In this document: positions 1-8,671 of the stretch, in pieces
Numbering within the stretch: position 1 is the first letter of the stretch
Layout: every line of letters begins with the position of its first letter
Virus record (IMG/VR): IMGVR_UViG_2579778884_000012
DNA from: a virus
Taxonomy: Duplodnaviria; Heunggongvirae; Uroviricota; Caudoviricetes
Strand: one strand, 5' to 3'
DNA length: 38,749 nt
Translations under genes and position numbers: made by a program
Notes under the pieces: generated by a model
Database searches by the model: none
What the model was told of the DNA's origin: nothing
What the model saw: only the letters and a program-made list of their open reading frames with translations

Positions 1-1362
1 ATGTTTAAACCGGAACTCCTTTCCCCGGCGGGAACGCTGAAAAATATGCGTTACGCTTTCGCTTATGGCGCAGATGCTGTTTATGCGGGCCAGCCGCGTT
101 ACTCCCTGCGTGTGCGCAACAACGAATTCAACCACGAAAATCTTCAACTCGGCATTAACGAAGCCCACGCGCTGGGGAAAAAGTTTTATGTCGTGGTCAA
201 CATTGCACCGCACAACGCCAAGCTGAAAACCTTTATCCGTGACCTGAAACCGGTGGTGGAAATGGGGCCGGATGCGCTGATTATGTCCGATCCAGGGCTG
301 ATTATGCTGGTGCGTGAGCACTTCCCTGAAATGCCGATCCATCTCTCGGTACAGGCTAACGCCGTGAACTGGGCGACGGTGAAATTCTGGCAGCAAATGG
401 GCCTGACCCGCGTGATCCTCTCTCGCGAACTGTCACTGGAAGAGATTGAAGAGATCCGCAATCAGGTGCCGGATATGGAAATCGAAATCTTCGTTCACGG
501 CGCGCTGTGCATGGCCTACTCCGGTCGCTGCCTGCTCTCTGGCTATATCAACAAGCGCGACCCGAACCAGGGCACCTGCACCAACGCCTGCCGCTGGGAG
601 TACAACGTCCAGGAAGGGAAAGAAGATGACGTTGGCAACATCGTACACAAGTACGAGCCGATTCCGGTGCAAAATGTTGAGCCGACGCTGGGTATCGGCG
701 CGCCAACCGACAAAGTGTTTATGATCGAAGAAGCCCAGCGTCCGGGCGAGTATATGACCGCGTTTGAAGATGAGCACGGCACTTACATCATGAACTCGAA
801 AGATCTGCGCGCCATCGCCCATGTTGAACGCCTGACCAAAATGGGCGTGCATTCGCTGAAAATCGAAGGCCGTACCAAATCTTTCTACTATTGCGCACGC
901 ACCGCGCAGGTTTACCGTAAAGCTATCGATGACGCCGCTGCGGGCAAACCGTTCGATACCAGCCTGCTGGAAACTCTGGAAGGTCTGGCGCATCGTGGCT
1001 ATACCGAAGGTTTCCTGCGTCGTCATACTCACGACGATTATCAGAACTACGAATACGGTTATTCAGTTTCTGACCGCCAGCAGTTTGTTGGTGAGTTTAC
1101 CGGTGAGCGCAAGGGGGACCTCGCGGCGGTAGCGGTGAAAAATAAATTCTCCGTTGGCGACAGCCTTGAGCTAATGACGCCGCAAGGCAACATTAACTTT
1201 ACCCTTGAGCACATGGAAAACGCCAAAGGTGAAGCTATGCCGGTCGCACCAGGCGATGGTTATACTGTGTGGCTCCCGGTGCCGCAGGATCTTGAGCTAA
1301 ATTACGCGCTGCTGATGCGTAATTTCTCCGGGGAAACCACGCGTAACCCCCACGGTAAGTGA
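1..1362 (+). CDS. yegQ: U32-family peptidase-like protein YegQ (tRNA hydroxylation protein TrhP), complete 453 aa
   Basis: ORF begins at window position 1; translation MFKPELLSPAGTLKNMRYAFAYGADAVYAGQPRY... recognised as E. coli YegQ, and the 453-aa length matches. Neighbouring cyaR and the P2 att site match the known yegQ-cyaR locus. Confidence 0.85.
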   Translation: MFKPELLSPAGTLKNMRYAFAYGADAVYAGQPRYSLRVRNNEFNHENLQLGINEAHALGKKFYVVVNIAPHNAKLKTFIRDLKPVVEMGPDALIMSDPGLIMLVREHFPEMPIHLSVQANAVNWATVKFWQQMGLTRVILSRELSLEEIEEIRNQVPDMEIEIFVHGALCMAYSGRCLLSGYINKRDPNQGTCTNACRWEYNVQEGKEDDVGNIVHKYEPIPVQNVEPTLGIGAPTDKVFMIEEAQRPGEYMTAFEDEHGTYIMNSKDLRAIAHVERLTKMGVHSLKIEGRTKSFYYCARTAQVYRKAIDDAAAGKPFDTSLLETLEGLAHRGYTEGFLRRHTHDDYQNYEYGYSVSDRQQFVGEFTGERKGDLAAVAVKNKFSVGDSLELMTPQGNINFTLEHMENAKGEAMPVAPGDGYTVWLPVPQDLELNYALLMRNFSGETTRNPHGK

Positions 1363-1396
1363 TTAATTTCGATTATTTTTCCCGGATGGAAAATTC

Positions 1397-1439
1397 TTAG
1401 AAACCGATCACATACAGCTGCATTTATTAAGGTTATCAT
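1397..1439 (+). promoter_or_regulatory. Putative cyaR promoter: CRP half-site (TCACA at 1408..1412, site centred about -41.5) and -10 TATCAT (1434..1439)
   Basis: TCACA sits 6 nt after a degenerate TTAGA half-site; TATCAT ends 7 nt before the inferred +1 at 1447. This fits the known class II CRP dependence of cyaR. The upstream half-site is weak (3 of 5). Confidence 0.4.
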
Positions 1440-1446
1440 CCGTTTC

Positions 1447-1533
1447 GCTGAAAAACATAACCCATAAAATGCTAGCTGTACCAGGAACCACCTCCTTAGC
1501 CTGTGTAATCTCCCTTACACGGGCTTATTTTTT
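1447..1533 (+). ncRNA. cyaR: Hfq-dependent small RNA CyaR (RyeE), about 87 nt, ending in an intrinsic terminator
   Basis: Sequence GCTGAAAAACATAACCCATAAAATGCTAGCTGTACCAGGAACCACCTCCTTAGCCTGTGTAATCTCCCTTACACGGGCTTATTTTTT recognised from memory as CyaR. It contains the CCUCCUU anti-SD seed, a 10-bp stem (1499..1508 / 1515..1524, one U-G pair) and a T-run (1525..1533). Location next to yegQ matches K-12. Confidence 0.7.
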
Positions 1534-1534
1534 A
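1507..1534. repeat. Prophage attachment core, yegQ/cyaR-proximal copy (next to the ogr end), 28 bp
   Basis: AATCTCCCTTACACGGGCTTATTTTTTA recurs at 38077..38104 with one mismatch (G1521 vs A38091). It is the reverse complement of the P2 att core as I recall it (AAAAAATAAGCCCGTGTAAGGGAGATT). It overlaps the cyaR terminator. Confidence 0.85.
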
Positions 1535-1596
1535 CGCGTAATACAATGAAATAAAAGGATTTATTTCTGGTCACGTCCACACATTGACCACATCGA

Positions 1597-1621
1597 CAAA
1601 AAAGCCCCTCGACTGAGGGGC
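1597..1621 (-). terminator. Intrinsic terminator downstream of ogr
   Basis: On the minus strand: GC-rich stem GCCCCTC-AGTC-GAGGGGC (1604..1621) followed by TTTTTT (complement of the A-run at 1598..1603), 13 nt after the ogr stop. Confidence 0.65.
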
Positions 1622-1634
1622 TTCCTGTTTGTAA

Positions 1635-1853
1635 TTACATCCACATAATTTGCTGCCCTGACGGCAACGGGTGCGGCCTTACGGCGTGGACTTCTCCCGG
1701 CTTCACGATGTATCGCTGTACCGACTCATAAGTGATGAACGTGGCACTACAATTCACGTTCTGGCACTGATGATAACGCTCTTTTGTCGTGTCAGTGATA
1801 TAGCGGCTTGTACGCGCATGTGCGGCATGCTGGCATAAAGGACAATGAAACAT
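1635..1853 (-). CDS. ogr: Late gene transcriptional activator Ogr (zinc-finger), 72 aa
   Basis: Translation from the internal Met: MFHCPLCQHAAHARTSRYITDTTKERYHQCQNVNCSATFITYESVQRYIVKPGEVHAVRPHPLPSGQQIMWM, recognised as P2 Ogr. The track ORF 1635..1916 has a 21-codon N-terminal extension that I trimmed. Confidence 0.9.
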   Translation of the reverse strand: MFHCPLCQHAAHARTSRYITDTTKERYHQCQNVNCSATFITYESVQRYIVKPGEVHAVRPHPLPSGQQIMWM

Positions 1854-1934
1854 CGCGAGCACCTCTTCCGGTTTTGTTGATGGTGCCATATTAGTTAATT
1901 TATCCTTATAAAACAAATAGATAAAATAAAAACG

Positions 1935-3098
1935 TCACTCATCATCTTCTGTTTCGTACTCCACATCAGAAAGCCTGACCTCAAGCTCTAAGGACGTCGT
2001 GAAGCCGCTATTATTCAGAAAATGTGTCACCTTAGTGATTGTCCAGTCCTGCTCGTCTATGACGCGCTTAAAGCCTGACACCTTAACCGGTGTTTCCGTG
2101 TAAATATCTGCCCGACCGGTAGCCAGGCTGATGGAGAACTCCGCAACGCCCCGTTGCAGTTTATCCCACTTCGCCTGAGCGGCGCGCATGGCCTGCGCTT
2201 TCGTGGCATATACCGTGGTCAGGGCAAAAACATTGTCAGCCTCACCGGCCATGTATTCACCTTCGCGCGCTTCCGGCGCTTTTGGCGCTTTCTTCTGCGT
2301 GACTGGTTTCGCTTTCGGGTGCTCCAGTGCGCGCAGGTGTTTTTCTTTCTTTTTGCGTTTCAGTTTTACCTTCTGCTTTTGCGGCTTCGGGTCTTTGGTG
2401 TGAAGCCACTTTGCCGTTACGCCGGTATAGGCTCCACGGTCAGCAATCGCAAAATGGTGGCGGTCGCCGTCGCTGCGGGTTATGGTGACCTGCGGGATTT
2501 TTTTACCGCTGGCCGTCACCCCCTGCCCCGCTTTGAGAAACAACAGTTTTCCCATTTTTACCGAGACCTCACCGCCGTTGCGTTCTGCAAGACGGGTCAG
2601 GAATTTCGCATCAGACTCCTGCGACTGGTCGATGTGCGGAATTTTAATTCCGGCCAGTGACGGAGCGACACTGGCTTCCAGCCTGTTACGGGTGGCTATC
2701 GCCTCAACAATTGCACCGAGCGTGGTGTCATGCCAAGAGCCTTCACGGCGGGAATTGAGCGTCCCGCGAAAATCTGCACTCCGTGCGCGGATGGTGACCA
2801 CATCCGGTGCGCCCCGGTGTTCAACCTCATCAACGGTAAATTTCCCTTTGCATACCAGGGCAAAACCTTTCCAGCCGATATACACCGTCAGGACAGCGCC
2901 ACGAACCGGCAGCCCGACCTGCCCGTCGGCATCGTTCAGTTCAATATCAAGCTGGTCAGCCTCAAAGCCCCGGTTATCCGTCAGGGTCATACTCATCAGA
3001 CGGTCGCTGATATTGCCGGTAATATCCCTGCTGTCGAGCATCAGCATGTAATCCGGCGTCAGCGTACTGCCTGCATCAAATGTCAGCGTATCCAGCAT
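1935..3098 (-). CDS. D: Tail protein gpD, 387 aa
   Basis: Position between ogr and U; 387 aa equals P2 gpD length. Confidence 0.88.
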   Translation of the reverse strand: MLDTLTFDAGSTLTPDYMLMLDSRDITGNISDRLMSMTLTDNRGFEADQLDIELNDADGQVGLPVRGAVLTVYIGWKGFALVCKGKFTVDEVEHRGAPDVVTIRARSADFRGTLNSRREGSWHDTTLGAIVEAIATRNRLEASVAPSLAGIKIPHIDQSQESDAKFLTRLAERNGGEVSVKMGKLLFLKAGQGVTASGKKIPQVTITRSDGDRHHFAIADRGAYTGVTAKWLHTKDPKPQKQKVKLKRKKKEKHLRALEHPKAKPVTQKKAPKAPEAREGEYMAGEADNVFALTTVYATKAQAMRAAQAKWDKLQRGVAEFSISLATGRADIYTETPVKVSGFKRVIDEQDWTITKVTHFLNNSGFTTSLELEVRLSDVEYETEDDE

Positions 3099-3577
3099 TA
3101 TCCCGCCCCCGTCATACCTGTGAATCTGGTCGCCATACTGCCAGCCTTACCGATGAGCGACTCCGCCTGTTTACCGATATCGCCATAAAGCGCGGCCAGT
3201 GATTCATCAACGCGGGTGAGCGACAGCGTAAAATCAATTTTCCGGGGTGTGCCGTCTGCAAAGAAAATACTCCCTGTTTCACTCACCCTGCTGATGACAT
3301 ACATGCCGTAAATCATGCCGGTACCATCCAGCAACGGCCACGCCCGGCCTTCCTCTGCCATCAGTCTGAGCGTGGTCATCGTCAGCTTGCCGCCGGTCAG
3401 TTCGGGATAAAGCACACCGGCAAGCGTCATGTTTTCCTCACCAACGCCGAGAAACTGGTAGGCATCCCGTTTACCGATACGGGAATTTGACGGCCAGCGA
3501 TAATCTGATTCACGCTGCATGGTCTGGTGTGGCAGCGTCTGGCGCATAAAAACAAACATACCTAACGCGAGCATCAT
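3098..3577 (-). CDS. U: Tail protein gpU, 159 aa
   Basis: 159 aa equals P2 gpU; sits between T and D; start overlaps the D stop. Confidence 0.88.
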   Translation of the reverse strand: MMLALGMFVFMRQTLPHQTMQRESDYRWPSNSRIGKRDAYQFLGVGEENMTLAGVLYPELTGGKLTMTTLRLMAEEGRAWPLLDGTGMIYGMYVISRVSETGSIFFADGTPRKIDFTLSLTRVDESLAALYGDIGKQAESLIGKAGSMATRFTGMTGAG

Positions 3578-3591
3578 TTTTCGTCACCTCC

Positions 3592-6039
3592 TTAACCGTC
3601 ATGCATCATGCTGGCACGGGCGCGCGCACGTTTATCCCGCTCGTATTTTTCGAGCGCATCCTGTAACTGGCGGTCAAGCTGTGTCCCCGGTGCAGTACCA
3701 CCCGTCAGGCTGATGTGATATTCGTTTTTACTCTGGTCCACATAAGAGCGGCCAGCCGGTGCCGTGACCGGCTGATAAGCCTGATAGCCTGCATAAGAGC
3801 TGGTCGCCGGAATATAACCACCGGTGCCATACGTGGCGGCATGAGTTCTGGCGGCGGTCTGGTCAAGTGTGTCTGACTCTTTGTTGATGACCCCGAGCTT
3901 TTCCAGTACCCAGTCAATGCCGCTGCGTAATTTGTTGAACGCATTAAGCGGCAGCATCAGCGCGTCAGCCAGTGCCTGCCCGAACATGACGCCCGTGTCA
4001 CGGCAACGGTTCAGGGTGTCCTGGGTGGCTTTGACCGGTGCAATCAGGTTTTTAAACCACTGCCACGCGGCCTGTAACTTTTCGCCCAGCCAGTCAAACA
4101 CCGGCTTAAGTGGCGTGAACAGTTCTCCCACCGGAGCAAATGCCGCTTTCAGCCCTTCCACCACACCGCCAAAGAATGCGCTGACAGGCTCCCAGTATTT
4201 ACGGATAAGCAACGCCCCGGCGACAATGGCAGCCACCACGGCCACAACCGGCCAGCTAATCGCCCCGATGGCCGTCATAACGGCACTACCAACCGTCGTG
4301 AAGATTGCCCCCATTGCGCCTGCTGCCGCGATGATGGCATTGATGCCGGTGATAACCGGCCAGGCCACGAGGCCAATGGCACCGATGATGCCAGTAAGCG
4401 CCAGTGCGCCACCGGCAATGAGACCAATGGTTGACGCCAGTGATTTGTTTTTCTGTATCCAGCCGTCGAGTTTTAACACATACTTTGTGGCCGTCTGCAT
4501 GAGCTTACGCAGTGCGCCTTCCTGCTGGTCAAACAGGTCAGTCCCCACCGCCTCATAAGCGGACTGAAACTCCTTAAAGTCACCGCCGAGATTGTCCTGC
4601 ATGATATTTACCAGCTCTGCGGTCTTCCCGTCTGAGGCTTTAAACGCAGCGGTCAGTTTGTCCAGCTTTCCGGTTGAGGCGGCAGTCATCAGCACGGCGG
4701 CGGCTGAGCTGGCCTCCTCCCCGAAAATGGTTTTCATGTATTCAGCCTGCTGGGCAGTACCGAGCCGGTTTTTCTCAAAACTGGCCTGCATTTCTTTCAG
4801 AATGGTAAATACTGGTCGGGTATTCCCTTTACTGTCTGAGGTTTTCACGCCAAGCTCTTTGAGTGCATCCCATGCTTTTCCCGTTGGTGCCTGCAGGCGA
4901 CTTAACACGGCACGGCTTCCCGTCCCCGCCATTGAGCCTGTGATTTTTGCATCATGCAGCGCCCCGACCATTGCGGCGGTTTCTTCAATGCTGACACCGG
5001 CATTTTTTGCCACTGGTGCGGCATAGGTCAGCGCATCGCTCATGCCGTCAAAATCGGCGGCGGTTTTGTTCATCGTCATGGAGAGAACATCCCCGATATG
5101 AGCGACCTTATCGTTTGAAAGCTGAAAGGCGGATTTCATCCCCATCAGCAGGGCGGCGTTTTCTTCCATCGTGCGGCGGTTCGCCAGTGCCATATTCAGC
5201 GTGACCGGCGTTGCCGCCTGAATGGCATCAACATCCCCACCGGCTTTCGCAATGATAATCTGTGCACCGGCTGCATCATCCGCCGAGGCGGCAGTATTGT
5301 CACCGAGCTGGCGCGCCTGCTTGCGGAGTGCGGCCATTTCGGCGGAGTCTTTTGCCACACCTAGCACGGCCTGCAATTCTGAGTTTTTCTGCGCAAACTC
5401 ATAACCGGGCATCAGTAGCTTAACACCGGCCATCGTTCCCGCCGCCGCAATCCCCACACCGGCAGCGCCCACTGAGGCCATATTTCCGGCCAGTTCCTTT
5501 CCGGACTGATAACGCTGTTTTACTGCGTTAAGTTTTGCCTGTTGCGCACTGACACGCGCCAGCGCGTCGCGCTGACGGTTAAGCTGTGCGGTGGTTTCAC
5601 TGATACGGTTTTTCAGTCCCTGCTCATCATGTGCAAGATTGCGGGTATTAATTCCCACAGCGGCCAGTTCCCGCTGCTGGCGTTTAACGGAATCCGTCAG
5701 GCGGTTATATTTCGCCTGTAAGTCCTCCGCCGCACGCTTTGCGGATTCCAGCACTTTCGCCTGAGCACGGGTCGGACGTTCGGTGTTTTTAAACTGTGTG
5801 GCAAGGGCTTCGGCTTCCTGCCGAGCCTTTTCAAGTGCATGACCAGTCACGGCGAGCTGTGCACTGGTCTTGCGAAATCCCTCAATACGGGATGCGTGAC
5901 CGTTCAGCTCGCGCAGTGATTTTTGTGTGTCCCGGATATCCCCCGACAGCGACTTACTCGCTGTACGGATGGATTTAAACGGGCGGGATGCCTGGTCAAC
6001 AGCCCTGAGCAATACCTGTAATTTTACATTGTTACTCAT
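3592..6039 (-). CDS. T: Tail tape measure protein gpT, 815 aa
   Basis: 815 aa equals P2 gpT. Ala/Gly-rich hydrophobic central segment and coiled-coil N-terminal region typical of tape measure proteins. Confidence 0.9.
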   Translation of the reverse strand: MSNNVKLQVLLRAVDQASRPFKSIRTASKSLSGDIRDTQKSLRELNGHASRIEGFRKTSAQLAVTGHALEKARQEAEALATQFKNTERPTRAQAKVLESAKRAAEDLQAKYNRLTDSVKRQQRELAAVGINTRNLAHDEQGLKNRISETTAQLNRQRDALARVSAQQAKLNAVKQRYQSGKELAGNMASVGAAGVGIAAAGTMAGVKLLMPGYEFAQKNSELQAVLGVAKDSAEMAALRKQARQLGDNTAASADDAAGAQIIIAKAGGDVDAIQAATPVTLNMALANRRTMEENAALLMGMKSAFQLSNDKVAHIGDVLSMTMNKTAADFDGMSDALTYAAPVAKNAGVSIEETAAMVGALHDAKITGSMAGTGSRAVLSRLQAPTGKAWDALKELGVKTSDSKGNTRPVFTILKEMQASFEKNRLGTAQQAEYMKTIFGEEASSAAAVLMTAASTGKLDKLTAAFKASDGKTAELVNIMQDNLGGDFKEFQSAYEAVGTDLFDQQEGALRKLMQTATKYVLKLDGWIQKNKSLASTIGLIAGGALALTGIIGAIGLVAWPVITGINAIIAAAGAMGAIFTTVGSAVMTAIGAISWPVVAVVAAIVAGALLIRKYWEPVSAFFGGVVEGLKAAFAPVGELFTPLKPVFDWLGEKLQAAWQWFKNLIAPVKATQDTLNRCRDTGVMFGQALADALMLPLNAFNKLRSGIDWVLEKLGVINKESDTLDQTAARTHAATYGTGGYIPATSSYAGYQAYQPVTAPAGRSYVDQSKNEYHISLTGGTAPGTQLDRQLQDALEKYERDKRARARASMMHDG

Positions 6040-6459
6040 TCGTGTTTCCGCTTCGCCGGAGCGCCTTTTCGCGCCATGTGATGAGTTCGGTCAGGCTCAT
6101 GGGATACAGTTCTGATGGCGGCCAGTGAAATATCACTGCCACATCCGCCATCAGGTCATCGACCGAGAGATTTTTCGGAAACGTCACTGCACCGAGTTCG
6201 GCGACAAAAAACCGACCACCTTACCGGCCAGCGCCACAAGGTCAGGCAGTTCCAGCGCGGCGACTTCCTGCTCGGTCAGCATCGGTGCCGTCATGCGCGG
6301 CAGCACCTTAATCAGTGCATCGACTTCGGAGTTTGCAACCGCAGCCAGACTGACACCGCGCAGCGTCCCGGCATTGGGTTTCATCAGCGTGACCTTTTCG
6401 ATAACCTGCTCACCACGTTTGACCGGATTTTCCAGGGTAATGACATTTTCTTTGTTCAT
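6032..6459 (-). CDS. E+E': gpE+E' tail assembly chaperone made by -1 programmed frameshift, 142 aa
   Basis: Zero-frame codons GGT TTT TTG (6205..6213) form the T_TTT_TTG heptamer. I followed the -1 frame by hand to the first stop (TAA at 6032..6034): 85 + 57 codons = 142 aa, equal to P2 E+E'. The 3' end overlaps the T start (6039). Confidence 0.75.
6184..6459 (-). CDS. E: Tail assembly chaperone gpE, 91 aa
   Basis: 91 aa equals P2 gpE; located between FII and T; ends in GFLSPNSVQ over a T_TTT_TTG slippery site. Confidence 0.88.
   Translation of the reverse strand: MNKENVITLENPVKRGEQVIEKVTLMKPNAGTLRGVSLAAVANSEVDALIKVLPRMTAPMLTEQEVAALELPDLVALAGKVVGFLSPNSVQ
6205..6211 (-). promoter_or_regulatory. 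-1 ribosomal frameshift slippery heptamer T_TTT_TTG for E/E'
   Basis: Run of six T on the minus strand (A-run 6206..6211 on plus) in the zero-frame context GGT TTT TTG near the 3' end of E. Confidence 0.7.
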
Positions 6460-6487
6460 GGTTTTCTCACTTCTGAATCAGGGTTAA

Positions 6488-6508
6488 CCGGTCAGCCTGG
6501 CTGACCGG
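6488..6508 (-). other. Stem-loop between FII stop and E start
   Basis: CCGGTCAGC / GCTGACCGG 9-bp inverted repeat with a 3-nt loop and no following T-run. Possible RNA processing or attenuation structure; function unknown. Confidence 0.3.
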
Positions 6509-6515
6509 ATGAAAA

Positions 6516-7034
6516 TCACAGGCCGATATTGCGGCGGTGTTGCTCCAGTCGGTCGACGCCGTTCACCTTCTCAATCATGTTGATGGTGTCGATTTCGACC
6601 AGCTCCTTACCGTCCATCGTCAGCCGGAAATAGGTGCAGACCACGGAGATTTTCGACTCAGTGTCTTCTCCCTGTTTCCCCTCGCCGGTGTCGATTTCTT
6701 TCTGACGGCCACGCATGACCACCTCGACGGCCACCGTTTCGCCGGTATCGTCGCGCTGGTAAGAGCCTGCAAAACGAATCGGCACGGCATCCACACCGGT
6801 TGCGGCGTAAAGCTCCCAGATAACCGAATCCGGGAAGCCCCCGAGCGACCACTCCATTGACAGCGCATCGTCATCAAGGCCGAGGTCTACCGGTGCGCTG
6901 CCGTTCATCCCCGCACCGCGATAGTTTTCGAGCTTACGGGTCAGTTTTGGCAGCGTGACGGACTTTGCAACGCCCTGATAGCTGTAGCCGTTCAGAAAGA
7001 CGTTCATTAACTTGAGTTTGCGCGGCATTGCCAT
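6516..7034 (-). CDS. FII: Tail tube protein gpFII, 172 aa
   Basis: 172 aa equals P2 FII; lies directly after FI. Confidence 0.9.
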   Translation of the reverse strand: MAMPRKLKLMNVFLNGYSYQGVAKSVTLPKLTRKLENYRGAGMNGSAPVDLGLDDDALSMEWSLGGFPDSVIWELYAATGVDAVPIRFAGSYQRDDTGETVAVEVVMRGRQKEIDTGEGKQGEDTESKISVVCTYFRLTMDGKELVEIDTINMIEKVNGVDRLEQHRRNIGL

Positions 7035-7046
7035 CGGTCAGGCTCC

Positions 7047-8237
7047 TTAATTGCTGTTAACCGAGGTGACCAGATTTGCCAGGTATTTATCGGTAATACG
7101 CTGGCGCAGGGTCAGGTTTTCAAGAGGAGGCACCGGGGTATAGTCGTAGTCGATATACAGTTTTCCGGCCTTGAGGGTTTCCGCATCGTTGGATTCTTCG
7201 CTGAACCAGCAGGTCGCATCCACGATATAGCCGTTTGTTTTCAGCTCACGGAATTTGGCATTAATGCCGTCAACGATGTCGCGAATCAGCGTTGCGGTGA
7301 TGGGCTTATCCACCGCCCACATGTGCGCCTCAGCCATCGTGTCGGCCAGCACCTGCGCGGTGCGGGTGTAGTTTTCAAAGAGGAACAGCGGGTCATCGGA
7401 GCAGGTACGGTTACCCCAGAAGCGGAAACCGTCGCGGCGAATCAGCGTTGTGACGCCTGACTCGTTAAGCAGGTCAGCATCGGTGCCGGACTCCTGCAAA
7501 TCCCAGAATACAGAGGCGCTGATGCCGGTAACACCGTTCACCCCAACGTTGGACAGCGTTTTATGCCAGCCCTGCTCCTGGTCGATTTTAGCGCGCAGAC
7601 CCAGCGCACGGGCGGTGGCATACGCGGTGGCGGTGGTACTGGTGACCGTATCCCATGCGAGGAAATCCGGCCAGATGACCATCAGCTCACGCTGGCTGAA
7701 ATTCTGGCGGTAGGCTTTCACCTCGGAAATGGTCTTACATCCCCATGCGCTGATATACCCGAAAGCACGCAGCTTCTGACAGACTGATGCCAGTGCAACA
7801 GCCACCTCTTTGGTGTCCAGTCCCGGCACGCCGAGAATACGCGGTTTAACACCAGTTACCGACTCCGCCGCCAGCAGGGCTTTCAGTCCGGTGTACTGAC
7901 CGTTTTCGTCGGTGGTGCCGATGATATTGGAAACGGTCTGCGCGAGTTTCGTTTCCTCGTCGTCGCCGGTGCCGTCTTCCACACGCACGACAACGGTGAC
8001 CGGTTTTGACTGGTCGGCGATAGCCTGCAACGATGCCGCCAGCGTGCCTTTTTTACCGGCCTTTGCAATCGCGCTCTGCACATTGGTAATCAGCACCGGT
8101 TTATTGAGGGGGAAGGTTTCCGCATCCGCATCGCTGGCCGTGCAGACCATGCCGACAATGGCGGTGGATACGGTGGAAATGACGCGGGTGCCGTCGTTAA
8201 TCTCCAGCACCTGCACGCCATGATGATAGTCGCTCAT
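7047..8237 (-). CDS. FI: Contractile tail sheath protein gpFI, 396 aa
   Basis: 396 aa equals P2 FI; start MSDYHHGVQVLEINDGTRVISTVSTAIVGMV. Confidence 0.9.
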   Translation of the reverse strand: MSDYHHGVQVLEINDGTRVISTVSTAIVGMVCTASDADAETFPLNKPVLITNVQSAIAKAGKKGTLAASLQAIADQSKPVTVVVRVEDGTGDDEETKLAQTVSNIIGTTDENGQYTGLKALLAAESVTGVKPRILGVPGLDTKEVAVALASVCQKLRAFGYISAWGCKTISEVKAYRQNFSQRELMVIWPDFLAWDTVTSTTATAYATARALGLRAKIDQEQGWHKTLSNVGVNGVTGISASVFWDLQESGTDADLLNESGVTTLIRRDGFRFWGNRTCSDDPLFLFENYTRTAQVLADTMAEAHMWAVDKPITATLIRDIVDGINAKFRELKTNGYIVDATCWFSEESNDAETLKAGKLYIDYDYTPVPPLENLTLRQRITDKYLANLVTSVNSN

Positions 8238-8671
8238 CCGTTTAACTCCGTGGTTAATGGGTGCAACTATTTTCTGTTGGGCAGTGCATGAGACGCTATT
8301 TGACCTGGCTGGTCAGTGGATGAAACAACAGATAAAGAAAAGGCGGGCAATCAGCCCGCCCGTCCTGATTTGTACTCGCTCAGTTTCCAACTGACAATTT
8401 ACGTAGCCAAAACGCTATCAGCTCTGACAGCCAGCTTTGAGCGAGTCGAAAAAGTTCATACCTTTCTGCTGGTGAAAGTTTAACTAACAGTTCAACCTAT
8501 CAATTAATTGATGAACAGGTTGAGGCGTTTTTAATATCTCTGCGTCATCTGAGACGATTTTGCGCTACAGGATTTACGGCTTATCTGGGGGCATTCTTGA
8601 GCCCTGACTCCTCTGAAAACATAATTAGGCCATACCTGTGACCTGCTCTTCGTTGGTAAGGTTAGCGAATA

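Noticed and set aside
186-1132. Track ORFs inside yegQ on the opposite strand or alternate frames (186..461 -, 433..1032 -, 446..724 +, 543..782 -, 929..1132 +)
   Set aside because: They lie wholly within the well-supported yegQ coding region, have no independent RBS or homology, and look like frame shadows.
1363-1534. tRNA or tmRNA gene as the integration target
   Set aside because: No cloverleaf or CCA-type acceptor features; the segment matches the sRNA cyaR with its CCUCCUU seed and intrinsic terminator.
1635-1916. N-terminally extended versions of ogr (and likewise of X, L, V, O, P, C and the DUF2158-like gene) as given by the ORF track
   Set aside because: The recognisable P2 protein in each begins at an internal Met that reproduces the P2 length exactly, so I trimmed to that Met.
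2154-8223. Alternate-frame and antisense ORFs within the D, U, T, E, FII and FI genes (for example 2482..3051 +, 3869..4558 +, 4592..5026 +, 6115..6504 +, 7450..7713 +, 7912..8223 +)
   Set aside because: Each overlaps a structural gene whose length equals its P2 counterpart; the translations are low-complexity (Ser/Ala/Pro/Arg-rich) as expected of GC-rich frame shadows.
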